A DNA stretch of 63,810 nucleotides, filler included, from Octopus bimaculoides (GCF_001194135.2; 5 parts of 5 records of this genome joined end to end with filler, not necessarily neighbours in it); one strand, 5' to 3'. Positions 40,376 to 53,679 are shown, counted from the whole stretch's first letter. Numbers and translations: made by a program. Notes: generated from the letters alone by a model not told the origin.

Positions 40376-40539
40376 GGCACAGGCTAGTGGCAGTGTAGTA
40401 TGTAGCTTGCTTCCCAACCACATGCTTCTGGGTTCAGTCCCACTGAGTGGCATCTTGGGCAAGTGTCTTCTGCTATAGCTTCGGGCCGACCAAAGCTTTG
40501 TTAGTGGATTTGGTAGACGGAAACTGAAAGAAGCCCGTC
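40376..40539 (+). mobile_element. SINE family A 5' half
   Basis: agcttgcttcccaaccacatgcttctgggttcagtcccactgagtggcatcttgggcaagtgtcttc...ggaaactgaaagaagcccgtc. Confidence 0.85.
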
Positions 40540-40544
40540 ATGTG

Positions 40545-40577
<33 letters not shown>

Positions 40578-40849
40578 CCTGATAAAAGGGAAGCTAAAGA
40601 CCATCGATTGATCTCAACAAGACTGAGTTATCCCCACCTCACCACATTGAATTTTCTTTTTTCTTTTAATAACTAAAATAAAACAAGATAGAAACAGGTT
40701 TGAGGGTCGTTGTACATCAGAACGATACTAGATGTGACAATTTCTGGAAAATTCGAACAAAGACCTGCCATAGTTGCAATGTTGAAGTTATGGTGCAGTT
40801 AGATGCTGTATTTTAAGAAGCATGAATGAAAAAAACAAGATTTTCGAGG

Positions 40850-42450
40850 GGGAAATCTTCAGGATGTTCCGTTCAGCAAAATTTGAAATGATACGCGTTG
40901 ACCAATTTTTTGTAAGAACTCATTTCATCCAATTCCCATTCTCTTCTGTACCCAATGGAGCAATGCAACTGGAAACTGAAGGGTTTTTGGATTTACGACA
41001 TCAGGATCTACGACATCAATGGAACAGAATAACAAAGGGGGTTTCTACGACTCGTTATTGTGTAGACACCTCAATGGCGTGCAATAATAATTAAGCTGTT
41101 TGTTGTCGACCAAGTGTATTGCATTACGATTAGCAAACGTATCGAGTCAGATTGGGAAAATAAAAGTTTAATCAATAACTCCTATTCGACTTTTGTACCT
41201 GGCTGTGACAAAACCCTTCTTGCAGCTTCCTGGAAAATAGATTTACAGCTGGTGACATCCACAATTGCATCGGTTCGACTATGAATTACATCTCACGAGC
41301 AATATTATAGAAATGTATTGTGAAGAGGAGGAATGCTTCGTCGACCACCTCTTCACATGTGCCAAGTGTAATTTATTTGTGACACCAAAGTGCAGCGAGG
41401 TTCGTAAAATTGTACTAAAATGACTAGAATCAGAAAACTGAAACATCTTGAAATGCATCGTGCAATTTCAGCGAAAATTAAACAAGTTAGTCAACACTGC
41501 ACTATTCACCATAGTTCCAGTCGATGCTTGCTGGGAACAGATGTGCGAGACAATCGACAAAACAGCTGCTACCCGAGTCGGCTTCTCCAAAACACAAATG
41601 TTTTGATGAAAATGATACGAAGATATGCCAGATGTTATGAGAGAACTGGAGATGCTATCAAGCTGTTCTTAATGGTCGGGGCAGAAAGCAAATTACCAGT
41701 CAACTCAAAGAAGTGAATAATTTGTTGCTAAAAAAAATTGCAATTATTGAAAGGCGAAGCAAGAAAGCAGACAAAACCAAGGTTTTTCTAATCCCCACAA
41801 CGTGAAGGCTTTCTACATCAAATGGAAGTTACATATAGAGAAAGGTTGATAAGGCACCAATGGATATCGATCTCGCGCCTCTGCCCGGAGAAAGATGATA
41901 TAAAAGGTTAGGGTGTTTGTGAGTGATTTAATCGATCATCAACAATTTCTCGAAGGTTACAATCTGAAATGTTTGCGACACATCCGTCGGAAGATGAAAA
42001 TTTGGGATCTTTCACCGAATTAGGAGGAACTTAATAACTGTGATCCACGATATAAAATCAGAGGAAGCTATTGGTGTTGATAACATTCTCGTGAAAGTTT
42101 TGAATAAATGGTGGCGAAGAATTGTGCTGCAGACTTCTCCAGTTCATCAGAGAATGTTAACCGTCTGGAAGCTTCCTGCAACAGTTGAAAGAGGCGGAAA
42201 TAGTCAGATTTTGTACGTGGAAATGTGAATGGTAGAACTGTCGTAATTATCGAAGAATTCCTTTTCTTTGAACCACAACGGAAAATGTCCGAACGAATTC
42301 TTCTTGAAAGCCAATGTAGATCTCATGTGTCTCGAAATACCAATGATACGGTTGTTACCTTGCGGTAGGAAGGGATTATCCATTATGGCGATCCGTAAAG
42401 AAGCAAAAATCAAAACAGAGAAACCTGCCGAAGGACAGTGACGAAAACTC
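40850..42450 (+). mobile_element. Degraded RTE-clade LINE (endonuclease end, linker, start of RT)
   Basis: Fragments GFYDSL, CFVDHL (C.TDH.L), HKCFDENDTKI (HQDWFDEND), IHDIKSEEAIGVDNI (KA.G.D.I) and NCRNYRRIPFL (NYR.ISLL), with many stops. Confidence 0.7.
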
Positions 42451-42767
42451 ACGAGTCTATCATTGATACCTATTTACGGACTGTTATGTCTTATCATGTA
42501 TAACAGTTCGCGAAACGGTGATTATTACACGTTGTGTTTTACTTGTCTTTTTTTTTCTAAGACATGTTGTTTGTATGACTATCTGTTTAGTCCGCAAATC
42601 CCATAATAACCATATATANNNNNNNNNNNNNNNNNNNNNNNNNNNNNNNNNNNNNNNNNNNNTTAATTAATTAANNNNNNNNNNNNNNNNNNNNNNNNNN
42701 NNNNNNNNNNNNNNNNNNTATATACATATATATATACATATATACATATATATATACATATATATAC

Positions 42768-42802
<35 letters not shown>

Positions 42803-42803
42803 C

Positions 42804-42862
<59 letters not shown>

Positions 42863-42869
42863 GAGAGAG

Positions 42870-43200
42870 AGAGGTAGTCCTTCAGTTTTTTGGGTTCCAC
42901 TGCTGACCAAACAGTGGACCACAGCTGGAAAATCAGAACGAAACTTGCTGCGGAAAGACCAGGCATGAGGTCACCCAGTACAATATAGAGAAATGGAAAC
43001 CTCAACAAAAATATTAAAGTGAAACTTGTAAAAGCCTGGTCTGGTCAGGAGCATTGTATGGGTGTAAAGTGCGGACCCTAAGGATGGTGAACACCGCGTG
43101 TTTATGGGATGGGACTGAGATGACACACTAGAGGAGAGGGCTACAGGTCAGTGGGGCCAGTTACAGAACAAAGGATTCAATGCTGGAGAAGATAAGAGTG
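42870..43200 (+). mobile_element. LINE RT C-terminal fragment (RTE-like)
   Basis: FSFLGST (F.YLGS) and GALYGCKVRTLR (LLYGCE.WTL). Confidence 0.55.
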
Positions 43201-43744
43201 GAACGGAAGTTGGTGGTGATGGTCAGAAAAAATTTACCAAGGTCCAGAATGTCTGTACCCACATCTGGATGGAGACAGGCCCATGAGTGACTAAGTGAAA
43301 GATGGAGTGATTCCATCAAGGAGGGGACAGTAAGGATCCTGGTAGAATGTATGGGTGTGACAGGGGAGAGTGGTGTGTGTTGAGGAGTGTAGGTCATGTC
43401 TGGGAACCTCAGAATTCAGCTATGAAGGTGAGTATATTCAAATATATATATAATGTAATGTAATCGTTTGAGTGTATGTGTGTGTGTATATATATATACA
43501 CACAAACGATTACATTACATATAAACATATCCATACACACATACAAGAGTGTGTGTATGCATACACACACATATAAGACCATATATATATACACACACGC
43601 ACATGCAATTATAAATACATTTATATATCTATCTATAACTACATATATATCTATATATACATACATTTATATATATATATATATTTGAATATAATTATAT
43701 CTATGTACATATATAGTTATATACGCATGTCTATATGTGTGTGT

Positions 43745-43985
43745 GGAGGCACGTGGCTTAGTAGTTAGAGCGCTGTACACACAAACATAAGATTGCTGTT
43801 TCAATTCCTGGACCGGGAGATGCTTTGCATTCTTGAACAAAACACTTCATTTCCTGTTGTTCCAGTCTACTCAGCCCACAAAAACGAGTAATCCTGGGAC
43901 AGACTGGCATCCTGTCCACTGGGGGAATACATACGACGCAGAATCTGGGAAACCAGCCTTATTAGCCTATGGCTTGAGAAGGACC
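43745..43985 (+). mobile_element. SINE with family B head and core and a different tail
   Basis: ggaggcacgtggcttagtagttagagcg...ttcaattcctgg...cttgaacaaaacacttcatttcctgttgttccagtctactcagc. Confidence 0.7.
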
Positions 43986-44031
43986 TCTGGCCCTATTGAT
44001 ATATGTATGTGTGTGTGTACATATATACATA

Positions 44032-44163
44032 CATCATCATCGTTTAACATCCGTTTTCTATGCTGGCATGGGTTGGATGGTTTGACTGAGGACTGGCAAG
44101 CCAGATGGCTGCTGCACCAGGCTCCAATCTGATCTGGCAGAGTTTCTACAGCTGGATGCCCTT
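44032..44163 (-). mobile_element. RTE-type LINE/SINE 3' end
   Basis: catcatcatcgtttaacatccgttttctatgctggcatgggttggatgg...gtttctacagctggatgccctt; related copies at about 47575-47750 and 52790-52945. Confidence 0.65.
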
Positions 44164-44182
44164 ATATATATATATTATATAT

Positions 44183-44391
44183 AGGGGGTGCTGAGAAGTT
44201 CCTGGCTTTGGGTACAAGGAGGATGAGTTAATTATGATTTTATTCAACATATATTCCCCTTCTCAAATTCACAAACTTATTGCAGTAGTCCTTCAGTTTT
44301 TCTGAGCCCTGTAAAAGAACTCGGAAAGTTGGGCCTCCAGCCAGGCCTTTCACAATACCCTTAAAGCCAGGAACTTTTCAGTACCCCCCTC

Positions 44392-44394
<3 letters not shown>
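44183..44394 (-). mobile_element. Mariner internal-deletion derivative (MITE) with both TIRs
   Basis: Left TIR ggggtgctgagaagttcctggcttt and right TIR aaagccaggaacttttcagtacccc. Interior (minus) reads LLQGSEKLKDYCNKFVNLRRGIYVE*, a mariner C-terminus. Confidence 0.85.
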
Positions 44395-44458
<64 letters not shown>

Positions 44459-44487
44459 AATACAAATAATATGTGAGTATATATACA

Positions 44488-44873
44488 TGTGCAGGTGTAA
44501 CTGTGCGGTAAGACGTTTCCAGCCACATGGTTCCAGGTTCAGTCCCTCTACATAGCACCTTGCGCAAGTGTCTTCTAATATAGCCTTGGGCTGACCAAAG
44601 ATTTGTGAGCGAATTTAGTACACAGAAACTGAAAGAAGCCCGTCGTATGTGTGTGTGTGTATTTTTTTTTGTCCCCCACCATCGCTTGACAACCGATGTT
44701 GCTGTGTTTATGTCCCCGTAATTTAGCAGTTCGGCAAAATGAAACCGATAGGATAAGTACTAGGCTTACAAAGAATAAATCCTGGGCGGGGGGGGGGTCT
44801 ATTTGTTCGACTAAAGGCGGTACTCAAGTATGGCTGCAGTCAAATGACTGAAATAAGTAACAGAATAAAAGAA
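44488..44873 (+). mobile_element. SINE family A, near full length
   Basis: Collinear with 21220-21626. Confidence 0.9.
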
Positions 44874-44952
44874 CGTGTGTATGCGTTTGTCCCCCCCCCC
44901 CCNNNNNNNNNNNNNNNNNNNNNNNNNNNNNNNNNNNNNNCCCCCGCCTCGT

Positions 44953-45144
44953 ACCACCACTTGACAACCAGTATTTATGTGTTTACATCTCCGTAACCAA
45001 GCAGTCTGGTTGAAAGAAACTGATAAAATGAGCTGCAGGCTTTAAAAAGAAACGGTTCTGGGATCGATTCATTTGACCAAAACTCTTTCAAAGCAGTGCT
45101 CCAGCATGGCCACAGTCTAATGCCTGAAACATGAAAAGATAAAA
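44953..45144 (+). mobile_element. SINE family A 3' half
   Basis: cttgacaaccagt...gtgctccagcatggccacagtctaatgcctgaaacatgaaaagataaaa. Confidence 0.75.
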
Positions 45145-46452
45145 ACTGCAAACATACGCGCGCGCGCACACACACACACACATACATGTATATACGCATT
45201 TATGAGTACGAGTATAATATACGTATACATATATGTACATGTGCGTGTGTGCACACAAATCTGTTTTTTCGGATTGTGTATAAAGTTAGATGAGTGACTC
45301 AGAGGCCAAGAGTTCCATACCTTGTATTTACATGTATATATATATATATATTTGTTTATGAATATGTGCATACACACACACACATATATACGTGCATATG
45401 CATGTTCATATACATATATATTTGATTGTACATATAAATATACACACACATACACAATATACCTGCGTTTCTGTGTATCGTCATACTACATGTATATAAC
45501 ACACAAACTCACACATAGATATACATATACACGCACACAAACACACACATACACACATATATATATATACATGTATACACACTCACACACATATATATAC
45601 ATACATGCAGACATATTATACTTACATGTTTTCACACACACACACACGTATACACACATATATATATATATACATACATGTAAACATACACACAGACACA
45701 TTATACTTACATGTTTCCACACACACAGACAGACAGAAATATATACAATGTTCCTTACAGTTTCGCTTAAGTCCAATCGAGTGGCAACGATGACGAAGAC
45801 GATGACAAATGAAACACCAGCAACAACAGTAATAATAATAATAATAATGATCCAGGTCGATTGGTGCGTTTCATTTTCGTCCCAGGGCCAATATATTTGG
45901 CTACAGAGAAGGAGCGATCGGGCGATCTCTCAGTGGAAGCCAAAGATTGCCCGATGTCTACCAAACTAGACCGGACCCTCTCACCGTCATGGTGGCAGAC
46001 GTAGCTGTTGTCTTACTGATGGTGGTGGAGGCGGCGGCGGGTAACAGCCGTTGTTGTGACTGCTGCTTCTTTCAGCTCTACTTGCAAACCAGACCAGTCC
46101 AGACAAGAGGAAGACCAGTAGAGAAGTTACACTTGAGTTTGAAGAGACAGACACACGTACACCATATATAGAGAGAAATTCCCCCCCCACACACACACAC
46201 ACCGCCGCCGCCGTTGCCGGGTCTTCCCTGACTGATGCACTCTCTCTCTCTCGCTTCTGACAAACGTCGCATCATAAACATCAACATTATCTTCATCACA
46301 TCAGCAGCTACTGAAATATCAGTCTTCACCAGTATTATTATTGTTATAATTAATGATAATTATAATGAATATTGTGGCAATGTGATTTACTGACACTTTC
46401 TCCTGTCAGCCTTACACTCCCATCTGATACACAGCCTTCACCATTATAACAC

Positions 46453-46483
<31 letters not shown>

Positions 46484-47115
46484 ACCATACACGTACATAT
46501 ACACACATGGAAACAGACAAACAAACACACGCACACTTATACATACAGACAGGAACATGTTTACATGCAGAAATATTAATCTGGAACGGCTTCACTTGTG
46601 ATAAACTGTGGAAAGTATTCGATTAACCGACATTATCCATGCAATTAACAGGCAAAAACTCCCCCAACAGTGTTATAATTGCAGAGACAGAGTGAACAAG
46701 GGAAATAACTCAAATACTCAGATAAAATCGGAATTTTGTAATGAAACTGTTCGTGTTTGAATGGAGAGAGAGAGAGTATATGTATTTAAGAACCATGTAA
46801 TATTGTGCATAAATAAATGTCTGTTCGAGATGGAACATAAAGACTAGATTTTCCACAGATGGTACACAGGCAACCTAAATATCTATGGTCAAGTTTCAAC
46901 CAGTAAATATACGCCTGATGTCCAACCACGTGCACCACGGAGTACAGGGAGTCCCATAGATCAGCTTGGTCATCCCTGATATATTCAGAGTCACTTTGGC
47001 CACCTCGGTCACTGGCGCAGTGATGAAAAAAGTCAGTGACGAATAGCAAAAGTGGGTAACTTGTCATATAGTCCTTCTTCAGCATAAGTCGAAAAGATCC
47101 GAATTTCTTCAAGCA

Positions 47116-47422
47116 CAGATGTTCTCAACCATTTTTTTTTTTTTATCTAAGGACCGTTTGATTACTATTTCGTTCCAGTGGACCCCCAGAGACATTCGAT
47201 GTTTAGAAACTAGTTTTATACAACCTTCTTTCAAAATTCTTATTTTGTTTTTCACACATTCACTTGTGTGGGTTGAACTATACCAGAGAAACAAACTAGC
47301 TGTTCCTTGTAATAAATACATCTAAAGCAAAACTTCCATGGGCCCTTAATATACTACGGTAGAGCCCTAATTTACTATTTTTCTTGCGTTGACCCCCCCA
47401 GGATCCCGGTTAAGAACCACAG
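47116..47422. mobile_element. hAT (Charlie-type) MITE
   Basis: Imperfect TIRs cagatgttctcaacc and ggttaagaaccacag; no 8-bp TSD preserved. Confidence 0.6.
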
Positions 47423-48743
47423 ATGTTAGACATTTCATTGTGGCAGTCACCGTATCATATGCGTTTGCCATATTGAAATATTGACGCTGCTAACTTGCAT
47501 TGCACAGAAGATGGAGTATAGGAAGAAACAGTCATGAATCTTTGGTTGTCATTGCGGTTGCATCAACCTCACCACGTATATATCATCATTGTCATCACTG
47601 TGCTTGCATGGGTCAGACGGGATTTTATTGAAGTAGATTTTTCTATAGCCAGATGCACTTCTTGTCGCCAACCTTCATCTGTTGCTAAGCAAAGTAATAT
47701 CTTCTCAGGGCCAGACGTGTTTTCCATGGGAAACGAGAAATGAACGACTTCGCTTGAATGACGGTGATGGTCGTCTGCTACCATCACACAATGTCAAGAC
47801 AACGATCATCAGGCGAAACTAACAGAACTCGGTATTGGCGTGTTTACATATCTGTTGATGTGGTTGGTCTGGTAATTGTGTTACACATCTTGTACCGGTG
47901 GTACGGTATTTGTATTTTCATGCAAGTAGGTGGCGGTGTGGGGAGAGGGGACAAAATTAATTTGTTTATGGAAAATTAGTAGGTTGACGGCGGATGTGTT
48001 AGTTTTATTTGTACACTTGCTGTTCATTTATTTACTTGAGTAAATTTTAGCCTCTGTGTTTGTATGCGTTGAGTATTCAATTTGAGACAACAAAAAAAAC
48101 GGTGTATTTATGTACGGGGGTAGGCGGTGGTGTGTGTATGTGTGTATACATGGGTGGGTAGGTGCAGTCACTTGGTTTGCTATTTTTCTAGATGAAATGT
48201 ATGTATACGTGATCAGTAGTTTTATCTATTTGTGTATTTCAGCAACATTGTATTTTGCGCGCGCGTGGTGTGTGTGTGCGCGTGCTTACATGTATATACA
48301 TGTCAGTATATACATGTATATGGAGACTCCGTGGAGAGTTAAAGAGCAGGTGACTCAATTACTGATAATATCCCAACACAGGACTGAAACTAATCTGGAA
48401 TTTCCCCACCACCGCCTTTTCTGACGGAGACAATACCGTTTAGATCTGTCGATGACAGGGTGCCAACCAGAATGTCTAGAAATATTCTGTAGAATAGAAT
48501 AACGTATATATAGAATTTGTTCGACTAAAACCCCTTAAGGTGGTGCCCCAGCATCGCCGCAATCTAATATATATATATATATATAACTTGTCTTGTTTTC
48601 CATTTTTCCCTCGTTTGTTTACGTATTTCATGTTATTTGCACCATTGGTGACGTCCTGTACTTATATATGCATGTATATATATCATATACATACACACAC
48701 ACATACACACATATATATATATACATATATATGTTTATATAAC

Positions 48744-48829
<86 letters not shown>

Positions 48830-48833
<4 letters not shown>

Positions 48834-49042
48834 GGAGTAAGCACATGCAATGTGCAACAAGGTGGAAAAAAGAGTACTCAAATACCAGAGGTAGAGTAAT
48901 ATGCTTTATTTAAAAGCAGCAGAAATATAACAAAAAAACCGTTACTCTGAGTTTCACGTTCCCGTTCATCGGACAGTTTTGTTAGAAAAAACTGTCCGAT
49001 GAACGCGGTTTTTTTGTTATATTTCTGCTGCTTTTAAATAAA

Positions 49043-49043
<1 letters not shown>
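48830..49043. mobile_element. Penelope-like terminal-repeat fragment with inverted duplication
   Basis: Arms 48904-48980 and 48986-49043 are reverse complements apart from a 21-nt indel. Carries a hammerhead motif and is inserted in (TA)n. Inverted terminal repeats and hammerheads are known Penelope-like element hallmarks; no ORF is present. Confidence 0.55.
48932..48980 (-). ncRNA. Type I hammerhead ribozyme motif with U4C core variant
   Basis: Minus strand reads AAAACUGU-CCGAUGA-ACG(GGAA)CGU-GAA-ACU(CAG)AGU-A-ACGGUUUU. 8-bp stem I with one G-U, GNRA-capped stem II, 3-bp helix III, GUA triplet; predicted cut between 48943 and 48942. Confidence 0.7.
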
Positions 49044-49077
<34 letters not shown>

Positions 49078-51954
49078 AGTAAAAATAAATACAAAAAAGG
49101 GTTTTTTTTTGTATGATTGTGTATAGAGGAATATATTATTATACACACACATATATGTACATATATATATATATATATATATATTATGTGTGTGCGTATA
49201 TATATGTATGTATACGTATGTGTGTGTATGCATATTTATACATACATACATACATACATACATGTATGTATGTATGTATTCACGCGTATACCTACATCGC
49301 CATACAGATATGAATGAATGACAGGCGGAAGAGGAGGGGGGGGTGTATATTATTTTTCATTCATAACGCCAGCCGTCTGCTATCAACACCAACATTTTTC
49401 TGTGTTTATAATTGTTTTCGCTATTCCCAGCGTGAAACAACGATGGCGGCGCTGGTAGTGGTGGTGGTGGGGAGCGGTAGTGGAACGAGAAGGCTGGGGG
49501 GGGGGCGATATTGCTTCCCCTTTCCCTCCTCCCTTCCCTCCTCGCATACAATCAACCGTCCCCGTCGTCGTCGTCTGCTACTCTTCCCCCTCCCTGGCCA
49601 CACGTTACCGCTACAACACCCTCCCCCTTCCGAGCAGCAATAACCTCCATCGCCACCACCACCACTATAGTGACTGCCACCAATTACATTTCCACGTCAC
49701 CACCACCACCACCTCCACCACCACAAAGATCTTCTGCTCTACAACCACTACAATATCTGCAGCAGCTTCACCACCGCAGAAACGCACGCGCGCGTCAGAA
49801 CCATCAATACCACCACTATCATTGTCATCATCATTATTATCATCATCATCAGCGACGTCTTCACCCTCATCATCGTCATCGTCAGCGACCAACATCGTCC
49901 CCACCTCCACCATACCACCAAAATCACCAAACATCCTCCCTTCACCACCACTACCACCTTCGTCACTATTACAACCACCTACCTCCACACCTCCGTCTCC
50001 CTCACCCTATTCATAATCCAACGAAGGCGCTTGGGTTGCTTGGCCTGCTAGAAACAACAGCCAAACCAACCTTCCTTAACTCGCATCCTATTGTCTTGAA
50101 ATACAAAAGGATGCGTTAGATTTATACGAACGGGTATTGCCTGTCCGTTTGTAGCAAGAAATGGTGGATGGTCACGGCTTGAATGAGATAGATCATAGGT
50201 CCGTTTGATTAGGGATGACCTGGGGCGAAACATATAACAACAGCTATTTCCAACATTACTGCCACCACCGTCACCAGCATTATACCACTACTATTAACAC
50301 CACCACCAACACCAATACAACACAATCCTCGCCATTCTCACCTCCGCCCTCGTCAATATTTACACCATCTCCATCACCAATATAACAGTTTTTTTGTCAT
50401 CCCCTACCACTATTCTCACCAATATACGCACACACACACACACACAACTATATCACCACAACCAACATCAATAAACCAATATTCCTTCATCGTCGCCGCC
50501 ACAAATGCAACGCCATCTTTACCACCACTACCACCACCATCACCGATATACCAATATACGACAGCGACCAGCACCATCTCACCATCACCACCACCACCGC
50601 CACCATCCCCCCCCCAGCACAATCCTTCCCAATAAACACACCAACTCCGTCACCACCACTACCACCTCATATGACCATCCACGTCATCCCCCGCCACCAT
50701 CCTTACCAAAATACCACCGTCTGCGCCATCATCGTCAATATACCGATATCCAGTCGGTTAGCACCACCGCCGCCAATACAACACCATCTCCACCAGCACC
50801 ACCACCATCAATATACCCATATTCCATCTCCACCATCACCGCCGCCACTATAACACTATCTCTGGCCACTACCCCCACCATCGCCACTGCCAATATGACT
50901 GTTCCTCGTCATCCCCGCCATCATCTTTACCCATATAGCACCATCTCCACCAACCCCACCGCCGCCGCCATCAATACACCATCATTCCGTCATCCCCACC
51001 GCCGCCACCACTGCAACACCATCCTCGCCGTCCCCACCGTCCGTGTGGATTATTTGGGCGGTGCATGTCGGTAGAGAAGTTAACAATAAGGCTGACGGGT
51101 GCTGAATTAAATGTTTCCCTTACCTCCACCTCCACCACCGCCACATTTCCCTGTCCTACCCCAGACACTGCATCACCACCCAGGATAGGCTGGGGTGAGT
51201 GGCAGCGGGGGTGGCGAGCGTCTATTATCTTTCCTTCTGTTTACATTTTCGATCAACGACCTCCCCCCACCTCGTTCATCCCTCATCCGCCGTCGCCGCC
51301 GCCACCACTCAGTCGTTCACACCACCCCTCCCTCCTCACCCCGGCTTCCTTCCTTCCTCTCCTCCCGCCCCCTTCTAACACATGTTCACACGTAGGGGGG
51401 AAGGGTGAGAGGCAATCATACACCTCCTTTTTACACATAGACCCGTCTTTCACACACTCATACAGACACACTCACGTACACATACAGACACATACGCGCA
51501 CATACACAGACGTTCAGCTTCAAGACTACCACCAACACCGCTCAGCATCCACGTTTACACACGCACGCATCCACCTTCAGCGCAAACACAAGAACGGTCT
51601 CCAACACACACATACACATCAACACATACGTGCACTCTCCCACACACACTTGCAGCAGATAAACACTCATACACGCAAACACATATAAGTGCTCTCATCC
51701 ACACGCAAGACACACAAGCGCAAGCGAGCTTCAAGACTTACGATATCAATCACACGCACACAGACAAGGCTGCATAACATACATGCACACACACACACAC
51801 ACACATAAGAACATACATCTTACTGTAATACGAAGCTGTCGACAAACCAAGATAAAACTCGAACGACCACACGCATTGACTTCATATCATCGCATTAATA
51901 CATTTGTACACACGTTTTAATACACATACATACACACAATATGACATATATATA

Positions 51955-52001
<47 letters not shown>

Positions 52002-52116
52002 ATGTAAAACTAATATATATATTTAGTTTTCACCTGAACACTGATATAAACCTGGAGAACAAGGATGCTAGCATCCCTTAAAGGATTATAGGTCCTTGAC
52101 ACACACACACACACAC

Positions 52117-52159
<43 letters not shown>

Positions 52160-52789
52160 CAATATATATACATAAATACACACATATATGTATGTGTGTG
52201 TATTCTACTATAAACTTGGTAGATGGAAACTGAAAGAAGCTCATCATGTATACATATATACACATGTGTGTGTCACTTGAAAACCAGTGTTGGTGTCCCT
52301 GTAACTTAGAGGCTCACCAAAAGAGACTGACAGAAAGGTTTAAAAAAAACAGAAATAAGCACTGGAGTAAAACTGCCCGAGGTGGCAGCTGAGGCTGGCT
52401 GCAGTCTGATGACTGCAAGGAGTAAAAGACAAAAGACATACACCAAAGATGGGCAAATTTTCCTCAGCTGGCGGTGGGGGGGGGGGCTTCGTACTATTTC
52501 TAAGTGGGAGAGGGCCACCTGATAAAACACAGGCATGAAATATTACTTGCCCAATTTACACTGAATTTTTTGCAATTCTTCTTAATTTTATTCGTCTTCG
52601 TAACCTAGAAACTCGTCGAGGGGCCACACAACAACATGTCGAGGGCCACATGCAGCCCGTGGGCCATAGGTTTCCTATGCATGATATATACACTCTAGCA
52701 AAAAGCACAGCGTAATCTGTTCCTTAGTTTAAATGGTAAACTCTTTATATTTATAACTCAACTTAAAAACAAACATCAATATCTCTCAA

Positions 52790-52945
52790 CACCATCGTCG
52801 TCATTTAGTGTCCATATTCCATGCTAGTATGGATCAGACAGTTTCACAAGATTCAACAGGTCAAGGAACTATGTCAGACTCCAGTGTCTATGTTGATATG
52901 GTTTCAATGGCTAGATGTCTTAATGCCAACCACTTTACAGAGTTT
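52790..52945 (-). mobile_element. RTE-type 3' end
   Basis: catcgtcgtcatttagtgtccatattccatgctagtatgg...ggctagatgtcttaatgccaaccact. Confidence 0.55.
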
Positions 52946-53145
52946 ACTGGTTCCGATGCTTATTCATGTCACTCAAGATAAGACCCCTAGACTTTCCCTT
53001 ATTATTGATGCTGGTGCCAGGGGTTGAGAGATAGGAAAATGATAGAGGGATGGGAGTAGGTGCCTTGCTGTGGAGGAGATACATGGCTACCCCAGCTGAG
53101 AAAGGAGAACAAAAGATGGGAGTGATGAGATATTAAGACGGACCC

Positions 53146-53378
53146 TTAATGTTCTAGCATCTAAATTAGCCATATCTGGTACAAATATCCTCTGTGTTTT
53201 AAAATGTCCAAACTGGACAGATCTGGCCTCTCACACCTATCTTACAATGTAAACAATGTAAAAGTAAACAATCACATCAAAATCTTCAGGATTAGGAGAT
53301 AATCCAGGATTAATTCAAAGCAATGGGTATAAATAAGCATTGCATTTGACAGGGTAATATGAACGCTAAAGGGGTTAG
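53146..53378. mobile_element. TTAA-ended MITE (piggyBac-like ends), complete but diverged
   Basis: Starts ttaatgttctagcat and ends gaacgctaaaggggttag; internal similarity to 28472-28650. Confidence 0.6.
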
Positions 53379-53679
53379 GGTACAAGAAGGAGAGTGTAAG
53401 GTGGCGGGGAGAGGGGAACAAATGAGGAGGATGGGGGAGAGAGGGTCAGATACATTCACAAGAGGGTGAGGTGAGGGACATGGTTAGGGGTTAGGGGGTA
53501 ATGCAGTGAACCTGCAAACAAGGGAAGAGGAGGTGATTAAATGGCAGTACAAAGAGTGGGGGAAGAGGGGCTGAATCTGAGGTATGTGGGATGGAATATA
53601 CAGAGTGTGATGAACAGAAAGATGAAGGGGATGATGGCTGATGGCCGATATGAGATACTGCTCAATATTGGTTTGAAAT

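Noticed and set aside
46860-47040. 108-aa minus-strand ORF 46786-47112 as a gene
   Set aside because: No domain; the plus strand has a GVP*.S-like RT trace suggesting a decayed LINE, itself too weak to list.
53371-53500. TTAGGG-like words as interstitial telomere
   Set aside because: Only one or two imperfect units, one being a MITE end.
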